From Basidiobolus meristosporus CBS 931.73 (lineage: Eukaryota > Fungi > Basidiobolomycota), in assembly GCA_002104905.1 (NCBI GenBank), contig MCFE01000164.1, forward strand, positions 83,857-147,856: a DNA stretch of 64,000 nucleotides, in the 5' to 3' direction. Positions within the stretch are counted from its first letter, which is position 1; each line of letters begins with the position of its first letter. A program made the translations under genes and the position numbers. Under the pieces are notes generated by a model. That model searched no databases and had not been told where the DNA came from. It saw only the letters and a list, made by a program, of their open reading frames with translations. This document shows positions 52,302 to 62,079 of this stretch, one piece after another.

Positions 52302-52877
52302 TTACGCTGACTTCGATTGTTGGTCCTCTCTTTCGAGGGGGATTTGGACGAAAACGGAATGAGGCTGAGAAGCCACAGGAATTCGGGAAGCCGAGCTCGC
52401 CTGTAGTTGGTCGTAAGCAGGTGGAAGTTGACTGACCGCAGGGAGCCCCAAGCCATTGCTGGGCACGTAGGCTGACGAGCTGATGATGTTTTCATACGCT
52501 TGTCTACTGATACTTTGTACTACTACCTCGGGAACCGCAGGCTCACTTCCAGCTGTAGAGTAGCTGGGAAGGGCCTCGTTGACTGGCGAGTTCTCGAATG
52601 CGTGGTCGACATACTCGCTAACAGTCTCCTGAGTGCATTTCTTGGCTAGTCTGCGCTTGGTTCTCTCGCGATACAGTTGAATACCGACAACGGTAAAAGC
52701 CAGGACTATAGTTAGCACTATTAGAGCAATGAACAACGGACTAAATGACACGTATTGATTAAAGAACGAGTCGCTGGAAAAGTTGTCCTCCCTTGGTTCA
52801 GTGGTAACATTGGAATCGAGATTAGGATTAGTTGCAAGAGTAGATGTGGGTGGGTACGTTGTGATCGAAGAAGTCAT
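52302..52877 (-). CDS. Single-pass membrane protein with cytoplasmic PY-like motifs (LPSY, PPAY), about 191 aa
   Basis: From ATG 52877 (MTSSITTYPP): Ser/Thr-rich N-terminus, hydrophobic FIALIVLTIVLAFTVVGIQL, basic stop-transfer YRERTKRR, then LPSY and LPPAY. The track ORF extends to 53012. Confidence 0.65.
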   Translation of the reverse strand: MTSSITTYPPTSTLATNPNLDSNVTTEPREDNFSSDSFFNQYVSFSPLFIALIVLTIVLAFTVVGIQLYRERTKRRLAKKCTQETVSEYVDHAFENSPVNEALPSYSTAGSEPAVPEVVVQSISRQAYENIISSSAYVPSNGLGLPAVSQLPPAYDQLQASSASRIPVASQPHSVFVQIPLEREDQQSKSA

Positions 52878-54616
52878 TATTAATCTATGTAAAGAAAATG
52901 GGAAATATATTAGACTGAAGGCTCTTTCCTGAGGAGATATATATATACACGAGCGCTCACTACCCTGTTGGGCCGGCTGATTTACCGAATGATCAGCCAA
53001 GGCCAGAGGCATGTTGATTGGCTTGGCTGAAATAGGATTCGCTATCAGCGACAGGATTCCGATGATTTCATCGTGTTCTATTGCACGGCTGAATTACGGG
53101 GCCAATACGATGACTGTCTCTTTTACCTGTGGACGGACACCAATGAGGGTTAGCACCAAGAAAAACTTGCCAAATTGGAATCCTCGGCCCCGTGAGAGCG
53201 AACTAAAATGGATTCTAGATTTCGGCCCTGCCTAGGGAGGGATCTGATTGGGGCCTCCGCATAGCTGAGCATACAGTATCTTGCACGCTTTGGGAGAAAA
53301 GCCGCTCCATAATCCAACCAGTACACGAGGCGAGAACAATGTGCCGAGATGGCGAAAAAATCTGCCGGGAAATCTGCTGATAAACCGTGATGAGGGCACC
53401 GACGATGGTTTTTCTGTTGCATATTCCAGGGTGATTATCATGGTGGCTGCCAATGAAGGCAATCGACATTCGAGGCAATGACTCATGGCCACCATAACAT
53501 GAGTAAGGTGCGTTCGGACAGCTTTGAGTTTAGCTCATGCCAATTCCGAACTCTTGGTTGTGCTTTTTTGATCCAATTGATCATTTCTTCACCTATTTGT
53601 GGCAGGTTTCTGGCACGGTTTCCGTTTCTGCATTCAGTGCGGGACCGATATTCCCTATCCAGATGGCACATATACTCCCCGTGATAGAGAGATGGGCGCT
53701 ATTTCCGCCAACATAGGAGGGGTAGTTTGCGTTGTTTTGCTTGGTCTTTACTAGCGGGCCTTCTAGGTCCAGGTGTCTGCATAAGTCTGTGGGAGTTGGT
53801 GCGGTGTACCCGTTCATTTCCGTTGAAGGAAACCGACATTTGAAGCAGCTAGTTTTACGTTGGTTCCGTTTGCCGGTCTTGTAGAGGCTCAATATTACCA
53901 CTGTAGCTTCAACAACAAAATCGCCAATTTTTTTCATGATCCCAAATAGATGTCATCGATCGAATAGTCGACACATGAATATAAATGAACTAAACCATAT
54001 TACTAATGAGTTGCCATATCCGAAATATCTGCTTTTCAGATCATGAAACCTAAAGAAAATCCCATTTTGGTTGGGAGCCGATGATACTACGGATGTGGTA
54101 ATGATCCTCTCTACTTTTCATAAACCTGAATTTGGTTGCTCTAGTATTCTACTGCGTATTTTACAGGTTGCAGACACCTGCTCATTCCTTGACCAGAAAG
54201 TGCGTGTTACAGGTGTTGTTGTACTTCAGTGGCTGTACCAGGACCAGTGAGGTATCCACCGAATAGTCCATCATGTTTGGCTATTTAATATATTGGGCAA
54301 TAATGTAGTAGATGTGAGGTTGAGCAAACCTAAGTTCCTCTTGATAAACAATTCCATTTAAATCCGGACATACCACTGATCTGTACATCTTCTCCCTCAT
54401 TCGGGGTAGGTTTGAGAAAGTAGAGAATTCTATCTTAACAGCTCTAAGGTTCCCATCAGAATGGCCACACCTAGTTAGGATCATTCGGAGGGAAATGCGC
54501 CTCAGATAGTGAGCTATTTATTGAAGGTGATGTTGGCAATAAACCAGCAGTAGAGAAATCCATGACTTACTCATATTTTAATCTAGCATTAATATGGTAC
54601 ACTATGAGCAGACAAT

Positions 54617-55100
54617 TTAGGGTTAGGAGGATGATAATTACCCAACAGTGAAATCTTTATTTAATATCACAAGTAAAGAAGCTTAGGTAGAATACTGGAA
54701 TCTGGAATGCAGAAAGTCTAAATAAGAACTTATACATTGCTGTTTCCAAAATATTCACATTATCAAAGTCATGAAGGGAATGGAGTAGTACTGCTTGTTA
54801 ACTGTAGTTTTTAGTGAGGAAGTCACTGACTTGGAGGGATGAAGAGTTTTTGAATAAGCTGGTAAATCTTTTGAGGAGTTCTTTCTCCTGAGAGAATGGC
54901 ATAAAGAGAGAACTGTTACAATTATGCCTAGGTTGTATTCTGAGAGCTCCCAATCAGGACTATTCTTGACTTCTGCAAAGCCTCCAAAAATATCCTTGTC
55001 AGCAATGACTACTAAGAGGTCACTGACAATGTACAGAATGCTAATAATCTTTGGCATTCAAATTCTATGCTCCTTCAGGTAATCTCTTTGGTCTGATGTA
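54617..55100 (-). mobile_element. Divergent non-LTR (LINE-like) 3' fragment D
   Basis: Starts TTAGGGTTAGG on +. Shares GTGAAATCTTTATTT and AAAGAAGC with the 3' ends of LINE copies A, B and C. Residual minus-strand ORF 54755-55057. Interrupted by an LTR at 55103. Confidence 0.5.
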
Positions 55101-55102
55101 GG

Positions 55103-55243
55103 TGTTATAAAAATTTATAATTCCACCTAAATATTCACCTAACTCAGTCACTTAGATTATTGCCTTCAAATCTTAAAGAATACTTACCAAGTTCCTTGTT
55201 GGGATTGTCCTACAATATTCTCACCAAAGCATCAGGCAACCAG
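55103..55243 (+). mobile_element. 5' portion of a copia LTR, cut off at a TAGGGTCAGGGTTAGG motif
   Basis: TGTTATAAAAATTTATAATTCCACCTAAATATTCACC...CAGGCAACCAG; homology stops at about 55243. Confidence 0.8.
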
Positions 55244-55575
55244 TAGGGTCAGGGTTAGGCTTTAGATACTCTATTGTTGATTTCATTTAGTGCTTACAAA
55301 TACAAAGCAAAAAGTACAATAAGTTGCAATACATGAGCTTCAGAGAGAATAAGCATTGCTAGTTTTTTGATGCCTCACTGATATTCTAAGGGCTCTTATG
55401 CCACTCAATATATACTGCATGCAGCAACTTTGGCCTAATTGCCAAATGCTATATCCAAGAGAAAAGTGTAATAAAACTCTTGAATGAGTTAACTGAACCT
55501 AAGTGACAACTAGGTGCAGAAACTTAGAATTGTCAAGGGTGACAGAAATATTAGCAGAGAAGTTCTGGTCTAATA

Positions 55576-56417
55576 TTAGGGGGGGGGAGACAGTCACCAA
55601 CAGGTGAAATCTTTATTTCAGTTGAAACAAAGAAGCCAGCACTACTGTTGTAGCTTTGATACAAGAGTGTGTAGCTGAGGGGAATTTGTAGGTAAGTTAA
55701 TAAGAAGTGATGATAGTTCTTCAGTGCTCAAGACACTGTTCAGTGGGAAGGGGGGTAGCAAGAGAGGTAAGAATTACTTGTGAACAACATTGATGAGGGG
55801 AATGTGATAAGGATTGATATTCATCATAAAGGGAGTGTGCTGCTGCAGATATTGCTGCCAAAGGTCTGTCAAGCACTTCAGGTAGGCCAGCTTGGGTTTT
55901 TCTGACTGCAGAATGTAGTGAGCAAACTACTTGACTTCAGGATCTCCAAGTATAGTTCTCCAGCAGGAGCCAGGTGTTGTGTGGTGTGTTCTCTTCCAGG
56001 CCTTAATCAGTGGGTTGTTGCAGTTGTGAAGTCTGAGGTATAATCTGGTTCTAAGGTAGAGAAGTCTGATCTTAAAGGGCATAAGCCCATAGGCACCAAG
56101 AATAGCATGTCTGTAGGGGCATTCAGGCAAATGAGGCACCAAGGAGGTAATGCACCATACTGCAAACTTGTCAAGCTTAGTGCAGTCTCTAGAAGTAAGA
56201 GAGAGAAGTGGTAAGCCAAATTCCAGGACAGGGAAGACAAACTGCTTGAGTAGAAGGAGGCAGCTGGGAGCTGAAGTTGTAGGAGGAGTAACAGCCAGTA
56301 GCTTGGGGAGTGCCTGTCTTGCCAGGATAATTCTCTTCTTCAGGTGTGCTCCAGAGTCTAGTCCAGTTGGAAGGAAAGGAAAGCCAAGATATGTAGCAGA
56401 AACCTGAGCAGGTAGAG
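55576..56417 (-). mobile_element. 5'-truncated non-LTR retrotransposon copy A (842 bp)
   Basis: Near-identical to 62080-62918. Same antisense ORFs (55927-56142 vs end of 62242-63927). Homology ends at ...GAGCAGGTAGAG. Confidence 0.93.
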
Positions 56418-56419
56418 GA

Positions 56420-56502
56420 TTAGGGGAGGGAAAGTCACCAAGTTGGTGAAATCTTTATTTGAGTCAAGAACTAATCTAAGTACAAATAAAGAAGCCAATT
56501 GA
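56420..56502 (-). mobile_element. 3' end of related non-LTR element C, interrupted by a copia LTR
   Basis: TTAGGGGAGGGAAAGTCACCAAGTTGGTGAAATCTTTATTT resembles the A/B terminus TTAGGGGGGGAGACAGTCACCAACAGGTGAAATCTTTATTT. Confidence 0.65.
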
Positions 56503-57391
56503 TGTTGTAAGAGTCTTGGAGATATTGGAAGTGATTGGGAGGACAAGTAGATTATGTGGTTTTCACTTAATGATTTATTGAATGTAAAAGTAGTATTTAT
56601 ACTTTTACCTGGCCTTGGCATTACAAGCACAAAGAATAGGTTAAGGAAGGTCCCAAGAACATGTGTGCAAAGTTTGGGGCTGTTTGGACAACTTTGAGAA
56701 TTTTCATGTTCTGGGTACCTGGTATTTTGGTGAAAATATTCTAAGTAAGTCCCAACAAGGAATTTGGTCAGTATTCTCTAGGATTTGAGGGTAATGATCT
56801 AAGTGACTAAGTTAAGTGAGTATTTAGGTGGAATTACAAATTTTTTCAACACTCCCACTCAGCTAAATGCTCATACTGACTAGTCCTAATTTTGACCTAA
56901 GATATTCAAACTTGTCTCTAGCTAATGGTTTGGTAAATATGTCTGCAATCATTTCATCTGTAGGACAGTAAACTAAGCTAATTAAGTTATTCTCTATAGC
57001 TTCACATATGAAATGATGTCTAATATCTATATGCTTGGTTCTAGCATGAAAAGTTGGATTTCTACCTAATTGTCTACATCCTTGATTATCTTGAAATAAA
57101 GTAATAGGCATTTTTTGACATAGGCCTAAATCTGTAAAAAGCTTTCTTAGCCACATTGCTTCTTTTGTAGCTTCACAGGCTGCCATATACTCTGCCTCTG
57201 TGGTGGAAAGTGCTACGGTTGGTTGCTTTCTTGAATTCCAAGAAATTGCTCCTTTATAGTAAACAAAGGTGTATCCTGTGGTGAATCTTCTGTCTTCTGA
57301 ATTTTGTCCCCAATCAGCATCAGAGTATCCCACAAGATCTTGTTCTGAGTCCTTATAAGTGTATCTTAAGCAAATATGAGCAGTTCCTTAG
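56503..57391 (-). mobile_element. Copia copy 9 fragment (3' LTR, PPT, RNase H)
   Basis: LTR 56503-56851, PPT reverse complement CTCCCACTCAGCTA, RNase H ORF 56863-57333. Ends at GCAGTTCCTTAG. Confidence 0.93.
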
Positions 57392-57741
57392 TGTTGTAAA
57401 AATTCGTATTTTCCACCTAAATATTCACCTAACTTAGTCACTTAGATCACCACCTTCAAATCCTAGAGAATACTGACCAAATTCCTTGTCGGGATTTACT
57501 TAGAATATTTTCACCAAAATACCAGGTACCCAGAACATGAAAATTCTCAAAGTTGTCCAAACAGCCCCAAACTTTGCACACATGTTCTTGGGACCTTCCT
57601 TAACCTATTCTACGTGTTTGTAATGCCAAGACCAGGTAAAAGTATAAATACCACTTTTACATTCAAATAATCATTAAGTGAAAACCACATAATCTACTTG
57701 TTCTCCCAATCACTTCCAATATCTCCAAGACTCTTACAACA

Positions 57742-57755
57742 GGTTATGAGCCCCG
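57742..57755 (+). other. Primer-binding site complementary to the anticodon stem-loop of initiator tRNA-Met
   Basis: GGTTATGAGCCCCG immediately after the 5' LTR. Same type as the Ty5 and Drosophila copia PBS (GGTTATGRGCCC), not the usual TGG-start PBS. Confidence 0.85.
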
Positions 57756-60700
57756 AGCTGTCACTCTCTGCAATGTCTACTACTGCTATTACTGGAATTT
57801 TTCCCTCTGCTGAAAAGTTGGATGGATCTAACTACCAAGTGTGGAAGGTGAAGATGAAGATGCTGCTGCAAGAAAGAGGCCTTTGGGATATTGTCATGGG
57901 AGAAGAATGCCCTCCTAAAAACGTGGGAGAGGAAGCCTTAAAGTACCAGAAGAAAGAACAAAGTGCCTTTAACTGCATTTGCCTTAATGTCAAGGACAAA
58001 TTGCTAATTCAATGCTCAAGAGCAAAAACGGCAAAAAATGCCTGGAAAGCATTAGAAGACACCTACCAGTCATGTTCAGCTGCCAAGAAAATGTATCTGA
58101 GACGAAAATTCTTTACTACAAAGATGCTGCCAGGAGAAGAAATGAAAAATCTAATTAACAGAATTACCCTGCTGGTAGATGAGATGGAATCTGTGGGCGT
58201 ACCAACTACTGATGAGGATGTGATAGTTACCATCCTGAATAGCCTGACAGACGAGTTTCAGGGCCTTGTATCAGCCCTAGAGTCCAGAACTGAAGATTTG
58301 ACCTTAAATTACGTATATGGAAGGCTCCTGGATGAAGAATTAAGAAAATCAAGCGCCAATAAGAAGGAAGAAGAAAATGCTTTAATAAGCAATGATAACC
58401 AACAAAGGAGGTACCCAAGACCCTACAAAGGCAACAGCAACCTATTTTGCAACTACTGCAAAAGGAAAGGACACACATCAGACCGGTGTTTCAAAAAGAG
58501 AGATTATCAGCAAAAGAAGCCTGAATATGGAAATGCTGCAACAACCGAAGATAGACTATTCATATCTGCACTAAATATGACCACAAACAAGGATTCTCAG
58601 ACGTGGTATATTGACTCTGGAGCTTCTCAACACTTTACACACCAAAAAGAACTTTTTACCCAATATCAAGAAATCCAATTAAGAAGGTTTTCATGGGTGA
58701 CGATAGAACACTTGATGCAGTGGGAGAAGGAACTATCCAAGTAAACCTTAGAAGCAGTGAAGGAAGCCATACACTGACCTTTAAAGAAGTACTCTATGTA
58801 CCAGAAATAGCCAAGAACCTGCTCTCTGTAAGCAAGGCCACAGCAGAAGGACTCAGTTTCAGTTTTGACAATTCTGGATGCAGGATCACTGATCAAAATG
58901 GTGCTCATATTGCTTCGGGCATCAGAGATCAGAACCTATACAAGTTGACTTATATTCCATCATATCTGGAAGCCAATATAAGTAACTTAAATGAAGAAAC
59001 ACCAATGCTTTGGCACAGGAGATTTGGACACATCAATTTTGATTATTTGCGTAAAATGATCAAAGATCAGCTAATTTCTGGAGTGAAAATTGATCCCCCA
59101 GCTAATTTGGAGCACTGTGAAGCCTGCATATATGGGAAACAAGCCAGACAACCGTTCAAGAGCTCTGGGTTAATCAAAACTAAGAAAAAATTAGATCTAA
59201 TTCACTCAGATCTGTGTGGACCTATGCAAAATTTATCCTTAGGCGGGATGAAGTATTTAATCACTTTTATTGATGATTATACAAGATACACATGGGTCTA
59301 CTTCATGGAGAGAAAGGAAGAAGCTCTGTCTAAGCTCAGGGAGTTTAAAGCCATGGTGGAGAGAGAAACTGGTGAAAAAATCAAGAAAATACGCTCTGAC
59401 AATGGTGGAGAATATACCTCAAAACTCTTCATCCACTTCTGCAAAATTCATGGGATAAAGCAAGAGACTACTGTACCATACTCCCCACAGCAAAATGGAG
59501 TAGCAGAACGAGCTAACAGATCAATAATTGATATGGCAAGATCTATGATCCATGATCAAAAATTATCCTATGATTTTTGGGCGGAATCAGTTGCCACTGC
59601 TGTATATCTTAAAAATAGGAGTTATAACAGAATACTTCGTGATTCTACTCCATTTGAAGCATGGTATGGACACAGACCAAGTGCAGAACATCTAAGAATA
59701 TTTGGGTGTACAGCATATGCCAAAAAACTGGCCGGAAATCAGTCAAAATTTGAGCCAAAAAGTGTAAAATGCATATTTTTGGGCTACTGCAATGAGAGTA
59801 AGGCATACAGACTCTACAATACCGAAGCAAAGAAGCTGATCAAGTCCAGGGATGTGTTGTTTGATGAAAATTCAAAATTTTCACAAAAAATGACATCAGA
59901 TGATGACAAAAATTTGATCTCAAGTCCACCAAATTGTCAGGATTGAATCAGAGCAAAACAATGAAAATTTTTTCACTCCAGAGGACTCTACAACCGTGGT
60001 TCAGCCAGAATCAGTGCCCAGGAATATCCCAGAAGTGATCATTCCAGTATCAAATGCCCGGAGATCAAATCGGACAAGAAATAGCCCAAATTACTATATT
60101 AATGAGGGTACAAACTTAGCCTATGCCTATTCAGTCCATATTGATGAACCCCAGACTGTAAAAGAGGCCCTAAATAGCCCTCAGACGAAAGTTTTGGAGA
60201 TCTGCAATGACTGAGGAATATCAGGCCCTGATGGAAAATCAAACTTGGGACTTAGTCAAATTACCAATCAACCAAAAATCAATTGGATGCAGATGGGTCT
60301 TCAAGACAAAGTACAAGGCTGATGGTACAATTGAAAGATACAAAGCAAGACTTGTAGCCAAAGGATACTCTCAAACAAAAGGACTTGACTATACTGAGAC
60401 CTTTGCACCGGTAGCCAAGTTTAATTCCATCAGATTAATATTGGCTATTGCAGCCAAATATAAGTTTTTTATTCATCAAATGGATGTAAAAACTGCATTT
60501 TTGAATGGAGAACTTGATGAGGACGTGTATATGGACCAGCCTGATGGGTTTGTTGACCAAGATAACCCCCATTTGGTCTGCAAGCTTAAAAAGTCACTAT
60601 ATGGTCTCAAACAATCACCGAGAGCCTGGAATTGCAAGATAGATTCTTATTTGGAATCTTTGAGTTTCAAAAGGAGTAATGCTGACTATAGTATATACTA

Positions 60701-61718
60701 TAAGCCAGATAGAGCAAATCCAGTTCTATTAGCTCTATATGTGGATGATCTTATTATAGCCGCCAATAACCTAGAAACATTGGAAGAGACTAAATCCAGC
60801 CTATCTAAGGAGTTCAAGATGTCCGATCTAGGAGAACTTAGTTACTACTTAGGGATTAAGTTCTCCATAGACAGAAGTACCCAGACTATTACCCTAAGCC
60901 AATCCAAGTATATTCAAGATATACTAAAGAAGTACAAAATGGAAGACTGTAAACCGGCAGCTACCCCAATGGAGACAAACCTTAACTTGGTCAAAACTCA
61001 ACCAAATCAAGAGAGCTTGGTGCCATCTGAAAGCCCTGACTTTCCTTATCAATCTATGGTCGGCAGTCTGATGTATATCATGCTTGGAACACGTCCAGAT
61101 ATCTCATATTCAGTGGGAGTTGTCAGCCAACATAATCAGAATTATGGATCTGATCATATTGCAGCAGTTAAGCGGATTTTTAGATACCTAAAAGGAACTG
61201 CTGATATCTGCTTAAGATACACTTATAAGGATTCAGAACAGGATCTTGTGGGATACTCTGATGCTGATTGGGGACGAAATTTGGAAGACAGAAGATCCAC
61301 CACAGGATACACCTTTCTTTACTGTAAAGGAGCAATTTCATGGAATTCAAGAAAGCAACCAACCGTAGCACTTTCTACTACAGAGGCAGAGTATATGGCA
61401 GCCTGTGAAGCTACAAAAGAAGCAATGTGGTTAAGAAAGCTCTTTACAGATTTAGGCCTATGTCAAAAAACGCCTATTACTTTATTTCAAGATAATCAAG
61501 GATGTATACAATTAGGTAGAAATCCAACTTTTCATGCTAGAACCAAGCACATAGATATTAGACATCATTTCATACGTGAAGCTATAGAGAATAACTTAGT
61601 TAGCTTAGTTTACTGTCCTACAGATGAAATGATTGCAGACATATTTACCAAACCATTAGCTAGAGACAAGTTTGAATATCTTAGGTCAAAATTAGGACTA
61701 GTCAGTATGAACATTTAG
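57746..61718 (+). CDS. Copia gag-pol polyprotein (reconstructed 1323 aa), broken by three 1-bp indels
   Basis: Gag with CNYCKRKGH, protease WYIDSGASQH, integrase HRRFGH/CEAC/DLCGP/DNGGEY/AERANR, RT LYVDD, RNase H YSDADW. Indels near 58675, 59930 and 60187 relative to sibling copies. Confidence 0.9.
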
Positions 61719-61729
61719 CTGAGTGGGAG
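61719..61729 (+). other. Polypurine tract
   Basis: CTGAGTGGGAG directly between the pol stop codon and the 3' LTR. Conserved in copies 1, 4, 6 and 9. Confidence 0.85.
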
Positions 61730-62079
61730 TGTTGTAAAAATTTGTATTTTCCACCTAAATATTCACCTAACTTAGTCACTTAGATCACCACCTTCAAATC
61801 CTAGAGAATACTGACCAAATTCCTTGTCGGGATTTACTTAGAATATTTTCACCAAAATACCAGGTACCCAGAACATGAAAATTCTCAAAGTTGTCCAAAC
61901 AGCCCCAAACTTTGCACACATGTTCTTGGGACCTTCCTTAACCTATTCTACGTGTTTGTAATGCCAAGACCAGGTAAAAGTATAAATACACTTTTACATT
62001 CAATAAATCATTAAGTGAAAACCACATAATCTACTTGTTCTCCCAATCACTTCCAATATCTCCAAGACTCTTACAACAC

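Larger units (their letters stand above)
57392..62078 (+). mobile_element. Young, near-intact Ty1/copia retrotransposon (4687 bp) with TSD CTTAG
   Basis: LTRs 57392-57741 and 61730-62078 differ at only about 3 sites. CTTAG at 57387-57391 and 62079-62083. TATAAATA at 57643, PBS, full gag-PR-IN-RT-RH, PPT. Confidence 0.98.

Noticed and set aside
53593-53937. CFKC...HLDLEGPLVKTKQNNANY, reminiscent of a gypsy/Ginger integrase start
   Set aside because: The downstream DDE core could not be traced in any frame, and the region is not CpG-depleted like the other transposons. An HMM search would settle it.
54617-56430. A true interstitial telomere or chromosome-fusion site
   Set aside because: No run exceeds two TTAGGG units. 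The motifs are better treated as element termini or targets (see findings).
58660-60215. Programmed ribosomal frameshifting between the ORFs of the young copia
   Set aside because: Sibling copies are in frame at all three positions, so these are private 1-bp indels or sequencing errors. Copia-type elements usually have a single ORF.
61719-61729. An env-like or extra ORF in the copia family
   Set aside because: Only 11 nt separate the pol stop from the 3' LTR, leaving no room.
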